NCBI RefSeq assembly: GCF_009914755.1
Contig: NC_060944.1
Reading direction: 5' to 3' (one strand)
Source of the DNA: the human T2T-CHM13v2.0 reference genome, Homo sapiens
DNA length: 64,000 bases
The position numbers and the translations under genes are program-made. The notes under the pieces were generated by a model, which saw only the letters and a list, made by a program, of their open reading frames with translations, was not told the origin of the DNA and did not search any database. Within the stretch, counting starts at the first letter, position 1, and each line of letters opens with the position of its first letter. Positions 1-57,044 of this stretch are shown here, piece by piece.

Positions 1-147
1 ATGGAGCACACCTGTAGTCCCAGATACTCAGAAGGCTGAGGTCGAAGGATGGCTTGAACCCAGAGGCGGAGGCTGCAGTGAGCCTAGATCACATCATTGC
101 ACTCCAGCCTGGGTGACAGAGTGAGACCCTGACTCAAAAAAAAAAAC
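1..147 (+). mobile_element. Alu right arm (J-like), cut by the window edge
   Basis: cctgtagtcccag...gcactccagcctgggtgacagagtgagaccct plus A tail. Confidence 0.9.
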
Positions 148-546
148 CCCAAAAAACAAAAAAACCTCCACTTGACTGTTCTCTGCCCTACCAGCTACCT
201 CACTCTTATTTTCCTTTTTTATCTCCAACTTTTCTTTCCTACAGATTTCAGCCAAATAACTCACATCTGTTCCCTCTGTTGGTTCCTAAACATAACTCCT
301 CCAGCCTGGCTTCTGGGCAATCACCCCTCCCTGCCCCTAGACTGCTGCCCCCATGGACTTCCTTTTTGCGAGAGCCAGTGACCTGATCTTAGCACGGGAT
401 TGGGAGTCAGAAGGCCTAGGCAGCTGGTCACTCACCAGCTGTGTGACCGTGAGCAACTTAAAGCACTTCTCTGAGCCATGGGTATGAATGTTAATTTGCA
501 AAGTTGAGATGAGAGCATTAGAGTAATAGAATCATAATAGCTAAAC

Positions 547-565
547 TGTGTGTGTGTGTGTGTGT
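547..565 (+). repeat. (TG)9 microsatellite
   Basis: Direct reading. Confidence 0.95.
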
Positions 566-569
566 ACCT

Positions 570-770
570 GCTAAGAGCCAGGCACTGTGCTGAGAATTTG
601 CCATGTATAATCACATTTAATCCCCACTACAACACCTCCAAATGAGGTCTGCTTCTTTCCCCACTTTACAAATGAGAAAATGGAGGCACAGAGAGGTAAA
701 GTGATTTGCCTAAAGTCCCACAGCCCATAAATGATAGGTAGTAGAATATGAACCCAGGAGGTCTGATTCC
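570..770 (-). mobile_element. MIR (one of many copies, e.g. 1625-1845, 2755-2945, 10845-10915, 28570-28720, 42730-42880)
   Basis: cccactttacaaatgagaaaatggaggcacagagaggtaaagtgatttgcc core. Confidence 0.7.
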
Positions 771-2164
771 AAAATTTATGCCCTATGGCTTCCTTACTGA
801 CGGTGCTCAGTACAGATAAGTGGGAGGTGTGACTTGGTGTTAATAGGGACTCTAAGAGTCAGTGTGGGAATTGCCATTCCCCTGAAGCTAGGGATGGCAG
901 GTGTGTTTGTGGGTTGGGGGTGGGGTACTTGAGTGATGCTCTCCCCTGAGGCAATGTCTTGCAGGATACACACCTTTCTACTTCATCTCAGATTTCAGTG
1001 TCTCCTCCACATCCTGCCAGAGCCTCTCTGGCCTGGCTGCCCCTCCCCTCTCTGGCAGGTTTGGGAGAAAGAGGCTTGGAGTTCCCCCATCCTAGATAGC
1101 GGGACAGATTCCTCATCTCGTGAGGCTGACCCTGATCTGGGGGCCTGTTATTAATAATGGCCTGCAGGGCTGTGTCATCCAGCTAGTGATTCAGGACTCC
1201 AGGGTCAGCACCCTCCCCATCCTGATGGAGCTACCTCAGTGAGGGGCTTAGAGTCTAAGCTATGACTCTACGTGAGGGTATATGCTGTTCTCTGCCTGCA
1301 CTCCCAGGGTCTTGGCTAAACTCTATTGTGGTATTAAAAAGAGAGGCTGGGGGAAGTGGGGAAGGGGATGTGGTAACCAGAACCACTTCCTGCCACTGCA
1401 GTGTTGAAAGCCAAGCTCTGTCCAAGTTCCCCTTGATGGGGGTTGGGGAGCCAGGAGGTAAAGGAGGAAGTTGATGGGAGTTGGGGGGGATGTTAAAAAA
1501 AGGAGGATTCTTATTTGGATTGACTCCAGGAATCAAGATCTGGGTTTCCTGGCTGCTCTCTCCCTGCTCCCATTTGGTAAAAAACAGCGGCTGTCCTGAA
1601 GGTGGTCCTAATTAGCATAGCAGTGAACACTTATTATCATGTGCCAGGCACTTTATATTTGCTAACACTTTGAGCCTTACAACCACCCCATGAAGGAAGC
1701 ACTATTATTACTCCAATTTTACAGATGGGGAAACTGAGGCACTGAAATGTTGTGTCAGTTGCCCTTGTCACACAGCAAGTCAGTGGCAGAGCTGAGATTT
1801 GAACTTAGGCAGCCTGGCTCCAGAGTGCAGGCTCTTGCTCTGTGACCACTCTGAGCCTCAGTTTCCTCATTGCATGATGAGGGTAATTGGAATACATAAA
1901 TCCACTTTCCTTTCTTGATGCCTGATTCTCTGGTAATTAATTATTCATTCAATTTCTCCCCATGCTGAACTCTCAGATCCATGAACAATGAGACAAAGGC
2001 TATCTTGGTCACTACTTGTATTCCCAATTCTTAGCATAATGATTGGCCTAGAAAAACTCAACTAGAATGTGTTGAGTAAATGGTCTTTAAAAGGTCTGAA
2101 GATCATCAACAATGGTTTGAGTATCTGATAAAAGTTTTAGACCCTTTACATAGAAAAATCAACA

Positions 2165-2358
2165 TATACCAGTAGCTGGGGGTGAGTCTGCCCCTCCCAC
2201 TCACCCAGGGTACATTTGGCAATGTTTGGTAACATTTCTGGTTGTCACAACTGGCAGGGGGAGGTGCTACTGGCATCCAGTGGGTAGAGGTCAGGGACGC
2301 TGCTAAACATCCTACAATGCACACGACAGCCCCAAGTGCCAATAGTGCTAAGTTTGAG
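2165..2358 (+). mobile_element. MER20 (hAT-Charlie DNA transposon)
   Basis: ggttgtcacaactgg...gctgctaaacatcctacaatgcac signature. Confidence 0.8.
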
Positions 2359-3197
2359 CTATGTGACATACATACATAGATATGTATTGTATGTCATGTT
2401 TGGTACCATTGATGGCAAGTTGGGGGTAGTTAACGGATTTTCCTAAAAGCCCGTGTCTGCCACCCAGATGAAGATCCTCCAGATTGGAAGATCTGTTCCT
2501 CTAAACTCATATTACTCTATGACCTCACATTCCCGAGTCTAGAATCTAGTTCCTCCTGGGTCCCCTGTCCTAGCCTCTGATTCCCTAAATGCCTGGGCCT
2601 CCTCTCTTACCTTCAGTGGGTAGCAGGGGACCAGAGGAGAAGCATCCAGGTTTTATGTGCTGCCCCTGTCACCGCATCCACCTACCCACTTCTATACCTG
2701 GGTCATCACAGTTCCCTGTAAATGGTAATAAAGATGAAAAGCTTCAGAGCCAGGCAGTTCTGGGCTTGAACACTAGTTCTGTGGATTAACTTGCTCTGTG
2801 ATCACAGGCAAATTCCTTAACTCTCTGAGCCTTAGTTTCCCCCTCTGAAAACAGGAGGGATACTCATTAAACTTACCTTACAGGTGGTGAGGATGAAACG
2901 AGAGGCTTATAGAGAACTTATTACGGTGCTTGACACAGTAAATCTCAAAAAATGCATTATTATTATTATGGTTCAGAGGTAAAGTGACTTGCCCAAGGTC
3001 ACATAGCTGGAAAATGGCAGAGCCGGGATGGAAATCCAGGACTTCGTGACTGCAAAGCAGATGTTCATTGGTTAGTGAACTTTAGAACTTCAACTTTTCT
3101 GTAAAGGAAGTTAATTATCTCCATCTCACAGTCTCATTTATTAGATAAGCATATAAAATGCCTGGCACATAGTAGGCCCTTTAAATACAGCTTATTG

Positions 3198-3712
<515 letters not shown>

Positions 3713-3856
3713 CTATAGATTATTTTCCCCCATATCCTGCCCCAATTTGCAGTTGAAGAATCCTAAGCTGACAAAGGGGAAGGCATTTACTCCAGGTTAC
3801 ACTGCAGCTTAGAGCCCAATAACCTGGTTTGGTGATTCCAAGTTAGAATCATGGTC

Positions 3857-4008
3857 TTTTGGCAGGGTCTCGCTCTGTTGCCCAGGCTGGAGTGCAGTGA
3901 CATAATCATGGCTCACTGTATCCTTGACCTTCTTTCTGGGCTCAAGCAATCCTCCCACCTCGGCCTCCCAAAGTGCTAAGATTACAGGAATGAGCCACCA
4001 TACCTGGC
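3857..4008 (-). mobile_element. Monomeric or deleted old Alu (FRAM/AluJ-like)
   Basis: Antisense Alu motifs, about 150 nt. Confidence 0.8.
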
Positions 4009-4318
4009 CCTGAATCTTGGGTCTTGGCCTTAGTAATTAAAACCAATCACCACCATCCGTTGCGGACTTACAACCTACAGTGTTCTAAACATTTTATATG
4101 TTTGATCTCATTTAATCCTCACATCAATTTAGGGACAAAGAGCCCCCCACCCCCCGTTTTTTTTTTTACAGCTGAGGAAACACTTCAAAGTGGTAAGACA
4201 TTTGCCCGAGGTCCTGAAGGAAGAGAGTAAAGCCATGTCTGCTGTTTTCTAGAGGCTGCTACTGTCCCCTTTACTGCCCTGAAGATTCAGCCTGCGGAAG
4301 ACAGGGGGTTGCCCCAGT

Positions 4319-12396
<8,078 letters not shown>

Positions 12397-12563
12397 GGCT
12401 CCCGTCCTGCTTTGGCAGTGCCATGTAAATCCCCACTGGGACCAACCCTGGGGAAGGAGCCAGTTTGCCGGATACAAACTGGTATTCTGTTCTGGAGGAA
12501 AGGGAGGAGTGGAGGTGGGCTGGGCCCTCTCTTCTCACCTTCGTTTTTTGTTGGAGTGTTTCT

Positions 12564-12569
12564 AATAAA
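12564..12569 (+). terminator. MMP9: MMP9 polyadenylation signal
   Basis: AATAAA about 170 nt after the stop, followed by a T/GT-rich tract. Confidence 0.9.
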
Positions 12570-12722
12570 CTTGGATTCTCTAACCTTTAGAAGCAGACTT
12601 TATTTATATATGTATGCACGTATGTATGCATGTATGTATTTAACTGATAGAGTGCAAAAAAAAAAAAAAAAGGAAAAACAAATAACTGATAGAGTGCTTT
12701 CTACGTGCCAGAAAGTGTTCTA

Positions 12723-13131
<409 letters not shown>

Positions 13132-13249
13132 TTATTTCTATTTTACAGTCAAGGAAATGATCAACCTGTTTATTCATTCATCAAACATTTATTGAGCCCC
13201 TACATGGAGCCAGGCCCTGTACTGGGCAATGGGGATAGAGAAATGAGTT

Positions 13250-13385
13250 AGACTTTAGAATGCATAAGATTCCCCTTGGAACTTGCTTAAAATGCAACTC
13301 CAGGCTCCACCTCCAGAGAGTCTGACCTATTTACAAGGGTGATTCTATGGCTGGTGGCGGTGGGATCACACTTGGGGAGTGTGCA
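13250..13385. mobile_element. MER5A-like DNA transposon fragment
   Basis: cttgcttaaaatgca...ccacctccagagagtctgac...ggtgattct. Confidence 0.6.
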
Positions 13386-14239
13386 GTGCATGATCTTTTA
13401 TTCTACAATAATGGTGTGTGTGTGTGCACATGTGTGTGTGTCTGTGTTGTGGTTGAGGTCCAGGAACGTTTCTCAGTCAAGATGACATCTGAACCGGAAC
13501 TGAATCAGAAAGGATGAACGAGCTTCTTCCTGTGCAAGGGACAATCTTCTTACAGGGTAATTTACCAAGAACCACTAAACCTAAAAATGTAACTACTTTC
13601 TGACCCTCACATGTGTGCACAAGACAACACATAGAAGGATGTTGATTGCAGCATTGTTTGTTAGTGAAAAACTGGCAATAACCTAGCTGCCCAGGAGTAA
13701 GTCAGTGGATAAATAAAATATGGATCATATACCTGACGTTAGTAGCTACCCACGGTACAGCACTATGTGCCAGGCACTGTTCTATGTGCATTTTGTGTGA
13801 CAAAACAACCAGAGGAGATAGGTACTCCTATTACTTTGTATGTACTATTATTACTGCCATCACCAATCCCTTGTTTTACAGATAAGGAAACTAAGGCACA
13901 GAGAGTTATACAACTCACCCAAAGTCTCATAGCTAGTGAGTGATAAGAGTGGGATTTGAATGTGGGTTCTTGGTGCAAGTGCACGAAGAGAAAAAGAAGA
14001 GAAAAAGCAGTGGGTGTCTGGAGAACTTCAAATGGCTCAGAACTCCAGCATGGGGTAGTAGCAGGTGGCTAAGAGGGAATGGAGAGGATTCCAGAATGGT
14101 TAAGATAGCAGTGCTAGTTTGGGCTAGATGAGAGAAGTCCTGAATGCCAAGCTGAATATGAATTTGACCTTACAGGTTAGCAAAGGGACTTGACTGAAAG
14201 ATTGGGGTCCGTGAGTGGAGATGATGGGTTTGATCAGGG

Positions 14240-15080
14240 CCCACGTGGGAATTTAAGTAGGAGTCCAGAACACTGCCCTCCTGAGCTTCCTCTTTCATCT
14301 GTTTCTTGCTCAAATGACCCACTCCCACTTGGCGTACAAACATTCCCCGCCATGGCTTGTTTACAATCTGTCTTAACCCCTGCCTCCCACTAGATACTAG
14401 TCTATTTCTCTACCTTCCTATCCCTATTCACAATAAAACTTCCCAAAAGCATGGTCTCTACTCACTGTCTCCACTTCCTCAATTCCCATTCTCTCCTCAG
14501 CCATTTCCAGCCTGGCTCCCACCCCACTACACCACCAAAGTCACCCTCTTCAAAGCCATTTATGACCTTCTTGTAGCCAGATGTGACAGGAGCTCCTCTC
14601 TGCTCATCCCACACCAACTCTCCCCACATTGACACAGTGGATCCTGCCCTTCTTCCTGAAACTCTCGGCCTCTGGAACCTTACTTCTGGGTCTCCTCCTA
14701 CCTCACTGGGTGGATTTTCCTCTTCTGGTGACAGAGGCACCCTTGTGCTCAATCGTGGGAATCCTCTGCTCTGTGTATACTCATTCCCTGTGATGTCTGG
14801 TAGCCCACAGCCTTAAATAGCATCTCTCTGCTAAAGACCGTGAAATTTATGTTTCCTACCATAACCTCCTCTCCCCTGCCCCGAGCTCCAGACTCATGTT
14901 CAACTGCCTACTCTACATGGCTCCTTAGCTGGCAAACAGACCTCTCAACCTAACGGGTCCAAACTGACTCCTGGGTTTCACCTTCCAAACGTGCTCCTCT
15001 GTTGTTACCACTTTAATAAGAGACAGCATCATCCACCCTCAATCAAACTGAACACCTAATCAGTCCTAAAATCTAGGAAT
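14240..15080 (+). mobile_element. L2 remnant (continues at 16740-17495, ending in a GAAT tail)
   Basis: Degenerate L2 motifs (ctccagactcatgttcaactgcctact); (GAAT)n at 17468-17493. Confidence 0.6.
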
Positions 15081-15102
15081 CAGTTATTTAAACTTCTTTT
15101 CT

Positions 15103-15497
15103 AGTACTGGGTTTCTCAGCCTCTACACTATTGACATTTTGGGCTGGATACTTTGTTGTGGGGGATTGTCTTACACTGTACATCTACACTGTACCTTCTA
15201 GCATGTTTGGTGTCTTCCTCTAGGAGGTGACAGGATCCACGGCCAGATGCCAGGCCCATTCAGGGTCAGCCCTCTCTGCTAAGGAAGGCCCCAGTGTGGG
15301 GATGGGGTGCAGCAGGGTAATGTTGAACTGTGACTCATGGCCAGGCAGCCCTGGTACAAACCTAGAGGGCCCAAGAGGCCTTTAGCCCCTAGATGCTGGT
15401 ACTAGCCCCTGCTCCAGTTGTGATAACCAAAAATGTCTCTGAATATTGCCAAACATTCCCTGGTGGTCAACATTGCTCCCAGTTGAGAACCATTGCC
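15103..15497 (-). mobile_element. MER20, interrupted by about 160 bp of unrelated sequence
   Basis: ctattgacattttgggctggata ... ccagttgtgataaccaaaaatgtctc ... gttgagaaccattg. Confidence 0.7.
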
Positions 15498-15529
15498 ATA
15501 ATATAATAAATATACAAATGTATCTATCA

Positions 15530-15923
<394 letters not shown>

Positions 15924-15994
15924 ACATTATCAGCACCCTAGAAGCCTGCTTGCAATCACTACCTCTTCTCCCCAAGGGGTACCACTATCATTAC

Positions 15995-16267
15995 TTTTTT
16001 TTTTTTTCTGTCACCCAGGCTGGAGTGCAGTGGCATGATCTCTGCTCACTGCAACCTCCGCCTCCCAGGTTCAAGCAATTCTCTGCCTCAGTCTCCCAAA
16101 TACCTAGGATTACAGGCACCCACCACTACACATGGTTAATTTTTGTATTTTTAGTAGAGATGGGGTTTCACCATCTTGGCCAGGCTGGTCTTGAACTCGT
16201 GACCTCATGATCCACCAGCCTTGGCCTCCCAAAGTGCTGGGATTACAGGTGTGAGCCACCGCGCCCA
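15995..16267 (-). mobile_element. AluS
   Basis: Antisense Alu; TSD ccactatcattactt. Confidence 0.93.
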
Positions 16268-16279
16268 GTGCCACTATCA

Positions 16280-16720
16280 TTACTTCTAACAGCTTAGATA
16301 GACTTTGACTATTTTTTACTGTATTTAAATAGTGTTATAGGGTATGTATTCTTTTGTGTCTGGACTCTTTTTTATCAAGGTTCTATTTGTGAGATTCATC
16401 CATATTGTTCTGAGAATTGTAGATGGTATTCCATTGTGTGAAGGTACTACGACTTATTTCTCTATTTTACTGTTGACAAGTATTTGGTAGATTCCAATTT
16501 GGGGCTATTATGAACAATGCCCCTATGAACATTCATGGTAAATGTCTTTTGGTGATCACAAGTAGTCATTTCTTTCGGGTATATACCTAGGAGAAAAACT
16601 GCTGGGTTGAAGGATATGTGTATGTTCACCTTCAGTAGATGTTTCCAAATAGTTTCCCAAAGTAGTTTTTGCCTAACTACACTCCCACCAGCAGTGTGTG
16701 AATTGCCAGGATTTCTCCTT
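16280..16720 (-). mobile_element. Old L1M 3' fragment
   Basis: gagattcatccatattg...tatatacctaggag...gtttccaaatagttt. Confidence 0.75.
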
Positions 16721-17539
16721 GACTTCACTCTTATGGTCACGTGTCACATCCGATCCATCAGTGGGTCCTGATGGTTTCACTTTCAAAACCTAACTGGAAT
16801 CAGACAACTGCCACCACTCTAGTCTGGCTGTCATCACCCCCCAGCTTGGGGTCTGCAGGAGCCTCCTAATTAGATTTCCAGCTTCTACTCTTGCCATTCT
16901 TTAGTTGAACCTTCGCCCAGCAGCCAGAATGATCCTGTTAAATTATAAATTGGATCACATCATTCCCCTGCTCAAAAAATCCAGGATCCTCCCCAAAGCC
17001 TTCAGAAGACCACATGATCTGCCCTTCTCTCCTCCCTCATCTCCAGTCACTCTCTTCTCCACTCACTCTCTTCCAGACACAATGGCCTTGCTGTTTCTTG
17101 GACAGTCGGGACTCCTTCTCACTCCAAGGCTCTGCATTTGCTGTTTCTTCTTCTAGAGAACTCTTCCCCCTAGATCTTTGCATAGCTGGCCCTTCTCATC
17201 AGTGAGGTCTCAGCTCAAATACCACATCTTCTAGGAGGCCTTCTCAGGCCACCCCTAAAGTAGTCCTCCCTCTTACCCATTATCCCATGGCCCTAGTTTT
17301 AAACATACATCCAATCTCAAATGATCTCATCTATGCATTTGCTCACTTATAATCTTTTTCTCCTTATTAGAATTTAAGCCACTTGAGGGCAAGAAGCCAG
17401 TGGATCTCATCCACCGACGTATCCCTCGCACCATTGACCGAAACACAGGAGCGCTATCGACATGTGCCGAATGAATGAATGAATGAATGAATGAGCCCCA
17501 GGTGTTTAGGAGACCCTAACAGAGGTGCCCCCGTTGTAG

Positions 17540-53620
<36,081 letters not shown>

Positions 53621-53897
53621 GAACCAGGACCTGCCACCCGGGCCCGAGCGCGCCCGGCCCGCGGCTCCGGAGCCCTCGCCGCGCCCCCCGCCGCTGTCAC
53701 CGTTTACATACAGACCCTGTGCCCGTGTCCTGGCCCCTTACCCCGCTGCCTGAAGCCCGGAGGCCACGCCTGTTGGGGCTGATTCGGAGAGGGCGCCCCG
53801 CCGCGCAGAGACCAGAGCTCCTCAGTGCCAGTTTGGCCCCTGGGTCTTCGCTGCCCTTTTTCTAAGCCCGGCCTCGTCTCGCCGGAGGAGACGCTGC

Positions 53898-53903
53898 AAT
53901 AAA
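53898..53903 (+). terminator. SLC12A5: Proximal SLC12A5 poly(A) signal candidate
   Basis: AATAAA about 280 nt after the stop, in GC-rich context. Confidence 0.55.
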
Positions 53904-56139
53904 GGTTGGGAGAAGGCGCGGAAAGGAGAGGAGCTGGGGCCTTGGGGACCCCCAGGTAGTCCATGCGGCCCATTCCTCCCCTTCCCACTCCCGCCGCGGT
54001 CCTCGCTCTGCGCTCCTCCGGCGCTGCTCCCTGGCTCCCGGCGGCCCGGAGGCCCGCGGGGTGGGAAGGCCGCGCTTGCCGTCTCCGCCGCCCCTTCTCG
54101 CCGAGCCGTGGGGCGCGGGCGGCCGAGCCTATACATAGTGTACAGGAGACATCGCGTGTATTTTTAACGTCCCCATATTTATGTGACTAGAAGCGCAACA
54201 GACTTCTCGCCATAGTCGAGCTCTCCCGCTGGGGGCACTGCGGGGAGGCGAGGCCTCGGGAAGCTGAATTTTCCTTGACGTCCAAGAGTTTGAGAGCGAA
54301 AGTGCTTTAGGCCCAGGCGGGGGTCGTGGCCTCGTTCCCTCGACACCTCCGTCCTGCTCTCGCCTCTTCGCCCTTTCCGCGCGCCCTTGGCTTCCCACCC
54401 TCCTCTCCAGTCCTTTTCCGAGATGAGGTGAGACAAGGGTCCAACTTTTCCTGGATTCGCCTCCCAGCGGACGTGAGCTTCCACTGCGGCTGCAGAGACG
54501 CGAGCAACCTCTTCTCATCGGCTCTTATGCAAGTTGGGGCCAGGATAGGGGAGGGGTGCTCCTCAAGAGGAAGAAACCGAGAGGCCCGCGCCCCACCGAG
54601 GAAGCCCCGCCCCGGTGCCTTCGCTGGGGAGCAGGCGTCTCTCCTCAGTCGGCTTGTCGCCTGCTCCCCGTATCCCATGGCTCCTCGCCAAAGACTGAAA
54701 TTGTGGAGCTGGAGGGCGCCCCCTCCCCGGAGTTTCCTCCCTGGGACAAGTGAGGGAGGAGGGGGCCGATTCTGGTTTAGGGGCCGGACCCACTGAGAGG
54801 CCCCAGAGCCGCCCGTGATGTTCCTCCCCCGTCCCCATCTGGCAGCTCCTGTCTCGCCTGAGGGACCCAGCCGCCTTCTCCGTGCTCTGGGGCCGGGCCT
54901 CGCTGCTTAGCAGCGGCCTCTAGCTCCGTCTCCCGGGGACCTGGGCCTGAGGGAGGGCTGGAGTCGCACGCGCTTTGTCCTTAGCGCCTGTCTGCTCTCC
55001 TCTAACTAGGACCCAGGGCCTTTGGCTTCCCCAGCTCATCCTTGGCCCTTCCGCTCCACCAGCCTGGTCTGAGGCGTGCTCTGTCCTTAGAGAAGGCGCG
55101 GTGGCCGGGTTCCCTTCCCCTAGGGCACATTACTAAGGGGGTCAGGCACTGCATGCTCGTTCCAGCACCATCTGGGACTGGGTACAGTACCTCCAGCCCC
55201 AGGGCCCTGACCTGCGCACCTAGCTTGACATCTCACGCACCTCCCAGAGCTGGCGCCACTGAGTAATCCGGACCTCACCACCTCTTTTCCTTTGAGCCCA
55301 AGGCAGAGCTGGAGCTGGCGCCACCCAGACAGCGTCAGGTGTGGCTGGGGTAGGTTTGGAGGTCTGCCAGTTACGCCAAGTCCCCTCTGAGATTCGATCA
55401 GGGGACTGGATAGATTCTTTCAGGTACTCAATCAGGAAGCTGGAGGTGTTAGACACCAGCCCCCTGCATCCTTCAGTAGACCTCCCTCTGAACACCACAG
55501 CCAGGTCCTGCCTTCTGGGGGCCTGAATATTCCAGAGCTGATGTGATGGGCTGTGCAGAAGGGGGCTGTATCAACATCAATTAGGGAACCAAAGTTGCAC
55601 TATCTGGGCCCAGATTGTCTGGTTGGCAAGAGCAAAGTTTCCGTTGATGAAACAGACATCCCACAACAAAAACCCAAATTTTCTGTGCTACATGTGCAAT
55701 ATTTGTTATGAATGTTATCACAAGTCATTCATCAAGTTATCTTTATAATCACTGTAGTTAGATGTTTCATGTCCATTCAAGTGACTTTTATTCTGAGTGC
55801 AATATTTCAATAGCCTTGTAGTGATAACTAGTGTTGCTTTTGTTTTAGATGATCTATGTGCAGGGCAATGCAATGAAGTTGAAAACCCTTGTAAATAGGA
55901 GAGGTTGCAAACCAAATCAAGAGTATTTATTACTATTACTGCTATTATTATTAGGCCTGCCTTTAATTTTCAGTGTAAGTGTTCAGTATGCCGCATCCTG
56001 CCTCAGTATTGATCTTGTGTTCTTTGTGCCAATATGAAAAGGAGAGGGTTGGTTCTTTCCTTTATTGTTGAATGCTCCCATTTAATGCTTTATGGCTTTT
56101 ACTGTATTACTTTTTTAGACTCCCGTCTGCACAAAATGC

Positions 56140-56145
56140 AATAAA
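56140..56145 (+). terminator. SLC12A5: Distal SLC12A5 poly(A) signal
   Basis: AATAAA at the end of the AU-rich distal UTR, with upstream TGTA motifs. Confidence 0.85.
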
Positions 56146-57013
56146 AATAATTTTATTATACCCTTCATGGCCTGAGATGTGCTGTTTGGACACTCCAGGG
56201 GGCCCTCCAGGAGGACCCCACACTCTTAAATCAGAAACACTGACCACCGACAGAAGAGATGGGCTAATGGCCCAGGTCTGGTGATCTAATTTATCCACCG
56301 ATAGCTCCAGGGCCCTGGCCTGGAGAGCAGCACTATCATCTCCTAAGAGACTGGCAGGCACTTACTAGGTGTCAGGCTGCACTGGCATCTTCTAGGAGGT
56401 AGTGAGCACTTTCTAAGTGTAGGTGTCAGGCTGCACTGATACCCCCAGGAGGCAGTGAACACTTAACTGGTGAGGCTCAGTGCTCTTGGCACGTTGGTCC
56501 CTAACTCACTGGAGGCCTGTGCCACCCACTTCACCACACCCACCCCAAGTTATTAAATGCTCTTCAAGGCTCCTTCAGGTTCTATGAATTCTGCCAACTC
56601 CCTGCACAATGGGTAGAACAGAGGGTGGCAACTGAGACAAAATGAAAACAGGAAGTGCCCCCCTACCAATGGCCATTAACCACAAATGGCCTCCTCACAT
56701 CCTGTTTTCCTTTCCTAGAATAAGAGGACAAGGCTGCTGACACAATGAATGTCTACCAGAAGCAGGATGTTGAACACAGCACTATAATTAGCCAACAGGC
56801 CTTTGCTCTGAACTGTTATTAAAGCCTCTAAGTGAGCTACCTATGAAGAGAAGGCAGGGTTCAAAGAGGTTTGAGGCCGGATCATATGCTGAGGACAAAA
56901 GGGGGCAGACCAGAGTCCTCGAGACAGGAGCCCTCACCTCTGACTTGGGGAAAGCATCCTGCAAAGAGCATATTCACACCCAAAAAAGATGAACAAAGCT
57001 TTTAGTTTTTCAT

Positions 57014-57044
57014 TTTAATTAAAAAGTAATCATTTCATTTTATT
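57014..57044 (-). terminator. NCOA5: NCOA5 poly(A) signals
   Basis: AATAAA (57044-57039) and ATTAAA (57019-57014) on the minus strand at the end of a ~1.3 kb UTR. Confidence 0.8.
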
